Shown: positions 9,900 to 19,435 of the stretch, piece by piece
Position numbering within the stretch: the stretch's first letter is position 1
Layout of the letters: every line of letters starts with the position of its first letter
Origin: an uncultured Verrucomicrobiae bacterium
Lineage (GTDB): Bacteria > Verrucomicrobiota > Verrucomicrobiia > Chthoniobacterales > Chthoniobacteraceae
Length of the DNA: 64,000 nucleotides
Reading direction: 5' to 3'
Assembly: GCA_963828525.1 (NCBI GenBank)
Contig: CAWHEP010000008.1
Span: forward strand, 256,001-320,000
Notes under the pieces: model-generated
The model's input: only the letters and a program-made list of their open reading frames with translations
Told to the model about the DNA's origin: nothing
Databases searched by the model: none
Position numbers and translations under genes: made by a program

Positions 9900-11501
9900 C
9901 TAATCGGCGGACAGGACCGTGTTGCGCTCGAACTCCCGATCTTTCTCAAGATAATCCAAGGTGTAATGCAGGCCCCGGCTTTCTTTGCGCGACAACGCAG
10001 AGTCAACGATAAGGGCCGCGACCGTGACGAGGTTGCGAAGCTCAAGAAGATCAGTGGTGAGCTTAAAGTTCCAGTAGAACTCTTGAACTTCTCGCTGGAG
10101 ATTTCGCAGGCGCGCGCTCGCGCGTCGCAACCGCTTATCCGTTCGGACAATGCCGACATAGTCCCACATGAGACGCCGGATTTCGTCCCAATTGTGGTAA
10201 ACCACCACCAGTTCGTCCAGATCCTGCACGTTGCCACTTTGCCATTCCGGGAGTTCGACGGCGGCGCCAACCGTGAACGCCGGGATTTTCGCAGAGGCGA
10301 GACTCTCCGACGCCCGGTGCGCCATCACCATCGCCTCCAGAAGCGAGTTGCTGGCAAGCCGGTTGGCCCCATGTAAACCGGTGCATGCTACTTCGCCTAT
10401 GGCATAAAGGCCCCGAAGGCTGGAAGCGCCGTTCAAGTCCGTCACGACTCCTCCACACTGGTAATGAGCCGCCGGAACCACGGGGATTGGCTGTCTGGTA
10501 ATGTCGATGCCAAACTGCAGGCAGGTCTCGTAGATGTTGGGAAAACGCTCGCGCACGAACTGCGGAGGTTTTGCGGTGATGTCGAGGTAAACGCATTTTT
10601 CTCCGGTGCGCTTCATCTCCGCGTCAATCGCGCGCGCCACAACATCGCGCGGCGCCAACTCCTTGAGAGGATGGTATTTCGACATAAACTCCTTCCCCTT
10701 TCCGTCTATAAGGATGGCCCCTTCACCCCTCACGGCCTCCGAGATGAGGAAGGAGCGGGCTGTGGGATGGTAGAGGCATGTGGGATGGAATTGGATGAAC
10801 TCCATGTTCGCGATCTCGGCGCCCGCCCGCCATGCCATCGCGACCCCGTCTCCCGTGGCGACGTTGGGGTTTGTTGTGTAGAGATACACCTTGCCGCAGC
10901 CACCAGTCGCAAGAATGAGGCGTGGCGCGCGAACGGTCCGAACGTCGCCGCTTTCCTCGTCCAGAATGTAAACACCCAGGCATCGGTCTTCTGTCGCATA
11001 ACCCAATTTGCTGGCGGTGATGATATCCACTGCCATGTGATTCTCGAGCATGTCGATATTGGGATGCTCGCTTACGGAGCGAAGCAGCACTTCCTCGATC
11101 TCCCGTCCCGTGGTATCTCGCGAGTGCAGCACACGGCGTTTGGAGTGGCCACCCTCACGTCCAAGATCCAGCTCCTTTTCTCCGTTTTCGATGTCACGTT
11201 CATCGAAGTGGACTCCCAGCCCGATCAACTCCCGAATTTGGGACGGCCCTTCCGTGACGATCGTCCGAACGACATCGGGATCGCAGATGCCATCCCCGGC
11301 CGTGAGGGTATCCCCCACGTGCAGGTCGAAGGAGTCTTCCACGCTGGTCACGCTCGCAACACCGCCCTGGGCCCATGCGGTGTTTGAATCGGCGCTGCCT
11401 CGCTTCGTGATAATCGCCACTCGCCCGTGGCAAGCCGCTTTGCGAGCAAACGTCAATCCCGCCACTCCGCTGCCCAGAACCACGAAATCATATTCCATCA
11501 T
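9900..11501 (-). CDS. nadB: L-aspartate oxidase
   Basis: GSGVAGL, WAQGG, EGGHSKRRVLH, EFIQFHPT, AAHYQCGG, GLHGANRLASNSL, ESRGLH. Confidence 0.96.
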   Translation of the reverse strand: MMEYDFVVLGSGVAGLTFARKAACHGRVAIITKRGSADSNTAWAQGGVASVTSVEDSFDLHVGDTLTAGDGICDPDVVRTIVTEGPSQIRELIGLGVHFDERDIENGEKELDLGREGGHSKRRVLHSRDTTGREIEEVLLRSVSEHPNIDMLENHMAVDIITASKLGYATEDRCLGVYILDEESGDVRTVRAPRLILATGGCGKVYLYTTNPNVATGDGVAMAWRAGAEIANMEFIQFHPTCLYHPTARSFLISEAVRGEGAILIDGKGKEFMSKYHPLKELAPRDVVARAIDAEMKRTGEKCVYLDITAKPPQFVRERFPNIYETCLQFGIDITRQPIPVVPAAHYQCGGVVTDLNGASSLRGLYAIGEVACTGLHGANRLASNSLLEAMVMAHRASESLASAKIPAFTVGAAVELPEWQSGNVQDLDELVVVYHNWDEIRRLMWDYVGIVRTDKRLRRASARLRNLQREVQEFYWNFKLTTDLLELRNLVTVAALIVDSALSRKESRGLHYTLDYLEKDREFERNTVLSAD

Positions 11502-12367
11502 AAAGGGGAAAGGCTCGCCTTCGAATGATTCGAAACGAGCATGTTATCGATGAGCCTGGTTCGCCCAAAAAAAACGGCCATCACCACGAGACTCTGTTCC
11601 TTTGGCTGGCGCGATGGCCGCAGGGAGACGGGATCCACAACCTCGACGTAATCAATCCTGGCGAGTGACGCTCTTGCCACCATGCGCGAGACGCGGGCCC
11701 GAATGTTCCGCGCGGAAGCTCCCCGGCGCGCAAGCTCCGCCGCCGCAAGAAGGGCCTCATGGAGGACAGGGGCCTGGGCTCTCTCCGCCGCGTTCAGATA
11801 TGAATTCCGGGAGCTGAGGGCGAGCCCATCTCGCTCGCGGACTGTATTCAAACCGATGATGCTAACAGGGAGATTCAGGTCTCGAACCATGCGCCGGATA
11901 ATCGCGAGTTGCTGAAAATCTTTCCTGCCGAAAATTGCGGCGTCAGGAGCCATGATGTTGAGCAATTTCGTAACGACTGTGCAAACGCCGCGGAAGTGAC
12001 CCGGACGAGATGAGCCACAGAGAACGGACGAAATTCCAGTCTCTTCGACATAAGTCGAAAAACCCTCTGGATACATTTCTTCCGCAGAGGGATGAAAAAC
12101 CAGGTCCACTCCCATGGCACGGCAAAGGCCGCGATCAGAAACGAAAGGTCTCGGGTAAGCGGACAGGTCCTCTCCTGGACGAAACTGAGTCGGATTTACG
12201 AATATGCTGACGGCCACGGTTCCGCTCTCACCAGCCACCTTTCTCGCCTTCCTGATCAAAGCAGCGTGGCCCGCGTGAAGGGCACCCATAGTGGGCACCA
12301 GAACCAGCGGGGATGGAGCGGCGCGGCAAAACTTCCGGGTTTGCGCAACCGAATGAAAAATTTTCAA
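11498..12367 (-). CDS. panC: Pantoate--beta-alanine ligase
   Basis: VPTMGALHAGH, SIFVNPTQF, RPGHFRGV, FGRKDFQQ, LSSRN, RLIDN; overlaps the nadB start. Confidence 0.96.
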   Translation of the reverse strand: MKIFHSVAQTRKFCRAAPSPLVLVPTMGALHAGHAALIRKARKVAGESGTVAVSIFVNPTQFRPGEDLSAYPRPFVSDRGLCRAMGVDLVFHPSAEEMYPEGFSTYVEETGISSVLCGSSRPGHFRGVCTVVTKLLNIMAPDAAIFGRKDFQQLAIIRRMVRDLNLPVSIIGLNTVRERDGLALSSRNSYLNAAERAQAPVLHEALLAAAELARRGASARNIRARVSRMVARASLARIDYVEVVDPVSLRPSRQPKEQSLVVMAVFFGRTRLIDNMLVSNHSKASLSPL

Positions 12368-12465
12368 GCTGCGCGACTCTATCCGACACGGACGGACGGC
12401 AGCAAGCTCCTCCTCGATGAGCGAAGGGCCGCCTATTTAAGGCGGCACTCTAACGGAACAGCACC

Positions 12466-12660
12466 CTACTCTGGCTGACCCGCAAGAACTAGCTTCCCGT
12501 TATTTCTGGCGAGCGGCTCACCCTCCGAAATCGAGTCGGAGACGTCCTGTTCAATCAGGGTGATCAAGTAATTGCTGAGAGATCGCCGGTCTCTCTGGGC
12601 TTTCACTTTGGCTTTCGAAAGCAAGTCTTCAGGGCAGCGGAATGCGGTATATTTAGTCAT
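12466..12660 (-). CDS. Small ribbon-helix-helix (Arc/CopG-like) DNA-binding protein
   Basis: Beta strand YTAFRC, helix PEDLLSKAKVKA, turn, helix RSLSNYLITLIE; canonical promoter upstream. Confidence 0.7.
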   Translation of the reverse strand: MTKYTAFRCPEDLLSKAKVKAQRDRRSLSNYLITLIEQDVSDSISEGEPLARNNGKLVLAGQPE

Positions 12661-12703
12661 ACGGTATAAACAAGTCGCGTTGTGACGGAGCTGGGCCCCT
12701 GCG

Positions 12704-12733
12704 CACTATATTTTCCATAGTGATGTAAGGCAA
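12704..12733 (-). promoter_or_regulatory. Sigma70 promoter of the RHH gene with an overlapping palindromic operator
   Basis: Minus strand TTGCCT (12733-12728), 17 nt, TATAGT (12710-12705); palindrome CACTAT-N7-ATAGTG at 12704-12722. Confidence 0.65.
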
Positions 12734-12809
12734 ACCCCGATTTCTGGATCATACAGCACCCTGAGCTGTTCAACAACATAAAACTTGTGAAAATCAGGAA
12801 CCCTACGCG

Positions 12810-14954
12810 CTATTTCGGCGGAGAGATATCCAGTTCGTGGAACAGGAAAGCGAAAACGTCCGCCTGTTGAGATATCTTCTCCGAAAGGGCGGTTCCAATT
12901 CCATGTCCCGCATGCATGCTGACGCGGAGAATAACTGGCAGACCGGAGGTCGTCGCGCGCTGAAGGCGAGCGGCCATTTTATAAGAATTGTGAGGCGCCA
13001 CCCGGCCGTCGTTCTGCCCAGTGGAGAGGAAGACAGCCGGATATCTCGTTCCATCCACGACGTGATGGTAGGGCGAGTAGGCATAAAGCGCGCGAAACTG
13101 CTCGGGGTCTTTAACGGTTCCAAACTCGGTGACATTAAAGGCTCCGTTGGGCTCAAGTTCAGAGCGCAGCGAATCATAGATGCCGACCGCTGACACGACG
13201 GCGCGCGCGAGTTCCGGCTTTTGAGTGAGAACGGCTCCCATGAGAAGTCCCCCGTTGCTCGCGCCCTGCAGGGCCAGCCTTGAGGACGAAGTATATTTTC
13301 GCTCGATCAAATAGCGCCCGCACGCCTCGAAATCATCAAACACGTTTTGCTTGAGCGTGAGATTGCCGGCTTTGTGCCAGTTCTCTCCAAACTCGCCTCC
13401 ACCCCGGATGTTCGCTACCGCGAACACGCCGCCCGCATCCATCCAAAGACGCCGCGTAAAATCGAAGGCGGGGGAAAGGCTGATGCCATAGCCGCCATAG
13501 CCGTATAGCAACAGGGGATTGGAACCATCGAGCTTGCAGTCTTTCCGACGAAGAATGTTGATGGGGACTCGGGCGCCGTCAGGAGAGGCGGCAAATTCGC
13601 GAACAACTTCGCAATCGTCGAAATTGACAGGAGAGGCGCCAGCCAGCGCGGTTTTCGTAATCGCCCCGCTCGCAAGATCATACCGAAGCCACGCGTATGG
13701 GTTAAGGTAGCTGACGTTGCGCAAGAGTATTTTCCCCTGCCCGATCGCAAGCACTTGTTGAACAGATGAAACCGCAGGGATTGGAATGACTGTTTGCGAG
13801 CGGCCATCGAGATCGCACTTTCGGAGCCGGGAAGGGCCGCCCACCATATCGAGGACGACAAGAAAGTTCTCAGAAGGGTAGACAGACTCGACAACAGCAT
13901 CGCTTTCAGGCACCACGACAAAGGCCTTGCCGAGGTCTGTGGCTCCCGCGGGCAGGCGGAGAACTTTGCCGCGAGGGGCGCCTTTTCGCGAGAGCAAGTA
14001 GACACTGTCGTCCCAGCCAAACGCGGCGCTCTTCACCTCATCGGGGAAGTCCGCGATTCGGGTCCAGGCTCCTCCCTCGCGCTGGAGGTAGAACGCATAG
14101 TCGCCCCCATCCCCATTCGACACGGACGCGCAAATCGAATGTCCGTCGTGGGAGGATTGCAGGTGAATCTCGGCAATGCGGGGTAAATCTTTGCCTAGCG
14201 AGTAAACGTCACTGCTTTCAGGACTGCCAATCCTATGAAAGTAAATCTGCTGATGAAAATTTAACTCAGCATCAGGCCGCTCGCCGGATCGCGGGAAACG
14301 GGTGTAGTAGATGCCGGTGCCATCCGCATTCCAGGCGGCGCTTCCACCCGCGGTTGGATACTGCGCGCGAGGAATACTGTCGGGAAGAGCGGAGGAATCT
14401 CCGACTCGATAGAAATGAAGAGCGCCCTCTTCTGAACCGCCATGGGACAGCGAGACGGCTGCAAGTTTGCCATCTTGTGACGGGACATACCAATCGATGG
14501 CGGTCGTTCCGGCTGTATCCAACTCATTTGGATCGAGGATGACCTTTTCAGTTTCCGGTTTATCGGCCGATTCCAGCATGACGAGGATGGGCTGCTGCTT
14601 CGGGGGCTGAAGCTTGAGCGCGAAAAGAGCGCCGCCTCTCCACGTCAGACCGAAGTAGTTTGGCGACGACGCGGCATACCATCCTTTAAGCTTCGCTTCG
14701 ATCGCCGCGCGGCCTGGCAGCGCGTCGAGAAACTCGTGAGCCACCTTGTTCTGGCTCTGAACCCATGCGCGCACTTTCTCGTCCTTTGTTTTCTCGAGCC
14801 ATTGGTAGTCGTCTTCGACCTGGATGCCGTGATAGGTATCCAAAACAGGCACTCTTTCCGTCTCGATTGCGCCGCGCGCGTCTAGCATCGATAACGAACA
14901 AATAAAAGGCAGTATGGAAGCATGGAGCCTGGCTGAAGATTTTAAGATTTTCAT
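12810..14954 (-). CDS. Prolyl oligopeptidase (S9A)
   Basis: DDYQWLE, YGYGGY, NIRGGGEFGENWH, nucleophile GASNGG, DGRV, GHG. Confidence 0.95.
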   Translation of the reverse strand: MKILKSSARLHASILPFICSLSMLDARGAIETERVPVLDTYHGIQVEDDYQWLEKTKDEKVRAWVQSQNKVAHEFLDALPGRAAIEAKLKGWYAASSPNYFGLTWRGGALFALKLQPPKQQPILVMLESADKPETEKVILDPNELDTAGTTAIDWYVPSQDGKLAAVSLSHGGSEEGALHFYRVGDSSALPDSIPRAQYPTAGGSAAWNADGTGIYYTRFPRSGERPDAELNFHQQIYFHRIGSPESSDVYSLGKDLPRIAEIHLQSSHDGHSICASVSNGDGGDYAFYLQREGGAWTRIADFPDEVKSAAFGWDDSVYLLSRKGAPRGKVLRLPAGATDLGKAFVVVPESDAVVESVYPSENFLVVLDMVGGPSRLRKCDLDGRSQTVIPIPAVSSVQQVLAIGQGKILLRNVSYLNPYAWLRYDLASGAITKTALAGASPVNFDDCEVVREFAASPDGARVPINILRRKDCKLDGSNPLLLYGYGGYGISLSPAFDFTRRLWMDAGGVFAVANIRGGGEFGENWHKAGNLTLKQNVFDDFEACGRYLIERKYTSSSRLALQGASNGGLLMGAVLTQKPELARAVVSAVGIYDSLRSELEPNGAFNVTEFGTVKDPEQFRALYAYSPYHHVVDGTRYPAVFLSTGQNDGRVAPHNSYKMAARLQRATTSGLPVILRVSMHAGHGIGTALSEKISQQADVFAFLFHELDISPPK

Positions 14955-14978
14955 TCGGAAGCGTCTGCTTCATTCAAC

Positions 14979-16535
14979 ATGATTGAACGTGAAGAGCCAG
15001 AGCATTCCTCTCGGGAGAACGCGACCACCGCGACACCACCGAGCTACTGGCTTACCCGCTTTGCCATTCTCAGGCTGCTCGGCTTTGTCTATTTCATCGC
15101 GTTTCTCTCGCTGGCGCAACAGGTCCTGCCATTGATAGGACATGATGGGCTGCTGCCGGCAGATTCCTTTCTCATGCAGGTCGCTTCTCACTTCGGATCG
15201 AGAAGCGCCGCTTTCCTGAGGCTTCCGTCCGTGTTCTGGTTGGGAGTCTCAGACACCAGCCTCGTGGTATGCGCCTGGTGTGGAACAGCGCTTTCTCTGG
15301 CGGTGTGCCTTGGATACGCGAATTCCCTGATGATGCTGACCCTGTGGGGTCTCTACATGTCGTATGTCCACATTGGACAGGATTGGTTCTCATACGGTTG
15401 GGACATTCAGATCCTTGAAACCGGATTCCTCGGGGTTTTCCTGTGCCCACTTCTGGATGGCCGTCCTTTTCCGAGGCGATCGCCGCCGGTTGCCGTCCTT
15501 TGGTTAATGCGCTGGCTAACTTTCCGCATCATGCTTGGCGCGGGACTGATCAAGATGCGAGGCGATCCATGCTGGCGTGACCTGACATGTCTTTACTACC
15601 ACTACGAGACACAGCCCCTCCCCGGGCCGCTCAGTCGAGCTTTACACTTCGCGCCGCATTGGTCCCAAAAATTAGGCGTCCTTTGGAATCATGTCATCGA
15701 ACTGGCAGTTCCGTGGTTCGCCTTGGGCCCGCGAGCAGCGCGCCATGTGGCTGGGGTTCTGCTCGCCAGTTTTCAGGTAATACTGATCCTGAGCGGAAAC
15801 CTGTCATTCCTAAACTGGCTGACAATCGTGCCAATTCTTGCCTGCTTTGATGATTCGTTTTTTGCAAAGATCGTCCCACGGCGGCTCAGCATGGCAGCGT
15901 CGAGCGCGGCGGAGATTGCGGAACCCTCCAGAGTTCAAGACATCAGCGCGATCCTGCTGGCGGTCACTGTGGGTCTGCTGAGCGTCATGCCAACGCTGAA
16001 CCTCTTCTCGGGATCGCAATTGATGAACGCCTCTTTCGATCCCATCCATCTGGTGAATACATACGGCGCGTTCGGATCGGTCGGGAAAGAGCGGGATGAG
16101 ATCATCTTCGAAGGAACGCGCGATGAGGAAGTAACGAGCCGGACACAGTGGAAGGAATATGAGTTCAAGTGCAAGCCCGGGGATCCGTTCCGCAGGCCGC
16201 CTTTTGTCACTCCTTACCATTGCCGCCTCGACTGGCAGATTTGGTTTGCGGCGATGTCCACGTTCCAGGAATACCCATGGACTCTGCATTTCGTCTGGAA
16301 GCTTCTTCACAATGACGCAGGCGTCCTGGGCCTGCTGGCTGGCAATCCCTTCCCCGGTTCTCCCCCGCGCTTTATTCGCGCGGAGCTTTACCGCTACCAG
16401 TTCGCCAAGCCGGGCAATACGGAAGGCGCATGGTGGAAGCGGGAGCGGATCGGCGAATGGCTGCCCGCTCTTTCCGCCGATGACGAGGGGTTCAAGCAGT
16501 TTCTCTCCGCCAATGGGTGGGACGCCGGACGGTGA
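14979..16535 (+). CDS. Lipase maturation factor (LMF1-like) membrane protein
   Basis: LIGHDGLLPA, GWDIQILETGFL, GLIKMRGDPCWRDLTCLYYHYETQP, NTYGAFGSV, RLDWQIWFAAM. Confidence 0.92.
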   Translation: MIEREEPEHSSRENATTATPPSYWLTRFAILRLLGFVYFIAFLSLAQQVLPLIGHDGLLPADSFLMQVASHFGSRSAAFLRLPSVFWLGVSDTSLVVCAWCGTALSLAVCLGYANSLMMLTLWGLYMSYVHIGQDWFSYGWDIQILETGFLGVFLCPLLDGRPFPRRSPPVAVLWLMRWLTFRIMLGAGLIKMRGDPCWRDLTCLYYHYETQPLPGPLSRALHFAPHWSQKLGVLWNHVIELAVPWFALGPRAARHVAGVLLASFQVILILSGNLSFLNWLTIVPILACFDDSFFAKIVPRRLSMAASSAAEIAEPSRVQDISAILLAVTVGLLSVMPTLNLFSGSQLMNASFDPIHLVNTYGAFGSVGKERDEIIFEGTRDEEVTSRTQWKEYEFKCKPGDPFRRPPFVTPYHCRLDWQIWFAAMSTFQEYPWTLHFVWKLLHNDAGVLGLLAGNPFPGSPPRFIRAELYRYQFAKPGNTEGAWWKRERIGEWLPALSADDEGFKQFLSANGWDAGR

Positions 16536-16613
16536 CAAGCAGGGGCTTCGGAGTGTTCGAACGCGTTTTTCGTTTCCTGCCGTCGACTATCCGCCTACTT
16601 GTAGTCCCCTCCC

Positions 16614-17582
16614 ATGCTCGCCTATTTCCTGGATTCGTTTAGCCCCTTCATTTTTGAACTGCGCCCCGGCGTCGGGATCCGGTGGTATGGCTTTGCTTAT
16701 GTGCTGGCTTTTATCTGCGGCTACGCGCTCTACCGATGGCTTGCGAAAAAGGGCTACTCGGAGCTGGCGCCAGAGCAGGTAGGCGACTTCATTACCTGGG
16801 CAGCGGTGTTCGGCGTGATGCTGGGGGGACGACTTGGCTACACGCTGTTCTATAATCTGCGGGAGACGCTGGCCGCGCCCATTACCTTCTTTTACCTGTG
16901 GCAGGGAGGGATGGCGAGCCACGGCGGCATTCTGGGGCTTGTGCTATTCACGCTGTACTACGCCAGGCGTCATCATCTCTCCTGGACAGGAATCGGTGAT
17001 AATCTCGTGGTTGTCGCTCCCATAGGTCTGTTCTTCGGGAGATGCGCCAACTTTATAAACGGGGAACTCTATGGCTGGCCGTCAAAGGCGCCTTGGGCGG
17101 TACAGTTCCCGAAAGAAATGATCGAAGCGCCGGATATAGGCGAGAAGGCAGTCCGAGCTTGCGCGGAGGCGAACCTTGATCTCACCCAAACTCCCGATCC
17201 GAGATTTTTAACGCCCGATGGATTGGTGGAAGCGTCCAGGCACAATGCTCATGTCCAGGAGATTCTGCGCGGCATCTTAACGCCACGTCATCCCTCCCAG
17301 ATCTATGAAGCGCTCCTGGAAGGTGTCGTGTTGTTCGCGACGCTCTGGATATTACGAGTTTACACGCGACAGCCAAGAGGCGTGCTGACCGGCGCCTTCT
17401 TCGTGCTTTACGCGCTCCTGCGGATCGTCGGCGAGGAGTTTCGCGTGCCGGACAATGGCATCCCGCTCACAGGGCCGTTTACGCGCGGGCAGTTCCTCTC
17501 GCTGTTCATGATCCTCATAGGAGCGGCTTTCATCATCTACGGAAGAATCTCAAAACAGTACAAACGCGCGCAGGCGTGTTGA
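16614..17582 (+). CDS. lgt: Prolipoprotein diacylglyceryl transferase
   Basis: IRWYG, GGRLGY, GGMASHGG, GRCANFINGELYG, RHPSQIYE. Confidence 0.96.
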   Translation: MLAYFLDSFSPFIFELRPGVGIRWYGFAYVLAFICGYALYRWLAKKGYSELAPEQVGDFITWAAVFGVMLGGRLGYTLFYNLRETLAAPITFFYLWQGGMASHGGILGLVLFTLYYARRHHLSWTGIGDNLVVVAPIGLFFGRCANFINGELYGWPSKAPWAVQFPKEMIEAPDIGEKAVRACAEANLDLTQTPDPRFLTPDGLVEASRHNAHVQEILRGILTPRHPSQIYEALLEGVVLFATLWILRVYTRQPRGVLTGAFFVLYALLRIVGEEFRVPDNGIPLTGPFTRGQFLSLFMILIGAAFIIYGRISKQYKRAQAC

Positions 17583-17600
17583 CGATCAGCGCAGCGCGGT

Positions 17601-18008
17601 TTATGGGCGAATGAACCGGCGGCCGGTGCTCGGATCTTCGACCACTGCTCCCGACGGTATGCCGCGGCAGTCAATGACATTGTGCGGCTCGTACGGGCTT
17701 TCCACCATGCCATGGCCCAGCGGACGGGCATAGGGGAGACGGTGACCCCGATAGTGGTAATTGTCATCGTAACCATCTTCCCGATGAGACTCATCGACGG
17801 CGTGACCGACCAAAGCGCCAGCGCCCGCTCCCAGAATTGCGCCTGCTGCAATATTATTGCCTCGCCCGCCGCCTAGCAGGCTACCCAAAGCGGCCCCTCC
17901 GGCGGCTCCGCTTAGGGCACCGGTGCCGGTCGCTGTCTCACAGGAAGTCAGGCAGAGGGTCGAAGGTATTGCTAATGCAAGGGCGGCGATGGCAGAGGTA
18001 ATTTTCAT
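17601..18008 (-). CDS. Glycine-zipper lipoprotein
   Basis: Lipobox LTSC followed by the glycine zipper GALSGAAGGAALG...GAILGAGAGALVG. Confidence 0.75.
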   Translation of the reverse strand: MKITSAIAALALAIPSTLCLTSCETATGTGALSGAAGGAALGSLLGGGRGNNIAAGAILGAGAGALVGHAVDESHREDGYDDNYHYRGHRLPYARPLGHGMVESPYEPHNVIDCRGIPSGAVVEDPSTGRRFIRP

Positions 18009-18105
18009 ATTAGGGTATTGGTGTGGTAGGAGTTCCTGAGCATGGACGCTTCTCACGATCTGTCTATTCAAATATCTCGATGGCCTGATTGCGGCACGAT
18101 TAGCG

Positions 18106-19264
18106 CTACGGCTTCAGGACGACCTTCACACAGTCATCCTTCTTCTCGGAAAAAATCTGGTAGCCGCGGGGAGCTTCGCTGAGCGGGAGACGGTGCGAAA
18201 TGATGTCGTCGAGCTTGATTTCACGGCGTTCCAGGTGGCCGATGAGCGTGTCAATGTGCTTCTGCGCGGGCGCCTGGCCGAAGGCCATGAAAATACCTTT
18301 GTCGAATATTTGTCCGAGCGGAAAGGCATCATAAGGAATGCCATACACGCCAAGGACGGTGACCCAGCCTCCGCGGCGCACCGCGCTGATGCACGTCTTC
18401 AAAGCCTTGATGCTGCCGATCTGGCCGTGCCAGACATTGCCGAGCTTGTCCGCAAAGCCCCGGTCTGCCTCCATCCCCACCGCATCCACGCACACGTCAG
18501 CGCCGCGCCCTTCGGTCATTTCACGGATCGCCTCGACCGGATCTGTCTCGTGAGCATTGATCGTTTCGGAGTTTGCAGTTCTACGCGCGGCCTCAAGGCG
18601 GTAGTTCTGAATATCCACGCCGATCACGCGCTTCGCGCCGCGCAGCCACGCCGATTTTTGTGCCATGAGTCCCACGGGGCCGCAGCCCATCACGGCAACG
18701 GTCTCGCCGCCTTTGACGCCCGCCCAATCGATACCGGAGTACCCGGTCGGGAAGATATCCGTCAGGAAAAGCAATTCTTCATCCGAGAAGCCTTCCGGAG
18801 CTTTGCGCGGCCCGAAGTTGGCATACGGGACGCGGACGTATTCCGCCTGCCCGCCTGAATAGCCGCCATAAAGGTCAGTGTAACCAAAAAGGGCGCCGCC
18901 TTTCTGAGTTAGAAGCCCGCCCTCAGGGCCATAGTTATCCGGGATTCGAATTCTCGCAATGGCCAGGAAGATCGTGATGGCAGAAAAAACAGGCTCCGCA
19001 CGCTATGGGGAACGGAACGACCACGCGATCTCCTTTCGCAACACGGGTCACGGCGGAGCCGGTCTCCTCGACTATGCCCATGAACTCGTGTCCCAGCACC
19101 ATGTCTTTTAGCTGCGGGAAGAAGCCGTTGTAGATATGCAGGTCGGACCCGCAGATGGCCGTTGACGTCACGCGAAGGACGATGTCCTCCGGATGCTCGA
19201 TCTTCGGATCTGGAACATCATTCACTTCAACGCGGCCTGGGTGGTGGAAAACGAGCGCTTTCAT
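18106..19264 (-). CDS. Zn-dependent alcohol/formaldehyde dehydrogenase (MDR), one frameshift at ~18940
   Basis: ICGSDLH, GHEFMG, CGACFFC; removing one C from aatccc restores NPDNYGPEGG...GGQAEYVRVP into the 3' ORF (GCGPVG). Confidence 0.9.
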
Positions 19265-19435
19265 ATGGGGGAGCCTGTCGCTGGGCTGAAAGCCCACATT
19301 TGTTTAACAAGGGAAACGGCGACAACCTTGTATCTGGTTGTTCCGAATTGCCAAAATATCGAGTTCGCCGGCCTCGCGGCTCAATCGGGGAGATCGTCCC
19401 TCAGGTTAACGCAGCCGGGATGCCGCGCGGCAGCC

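Noticed and set aside
18092..18107. Sigma54-like CGGCACGATTAGCGCT on the + strand
   Set aside because: Points antisense into the 3' end of the dehydrogenase gene with no sense ORF downstream; probably chance
18935..18945. Stop-codon readthrough or recoding in the dehydrogenase
   Set aside because: The downstream part is in a different frame; one extra C in a homopolymer explains it
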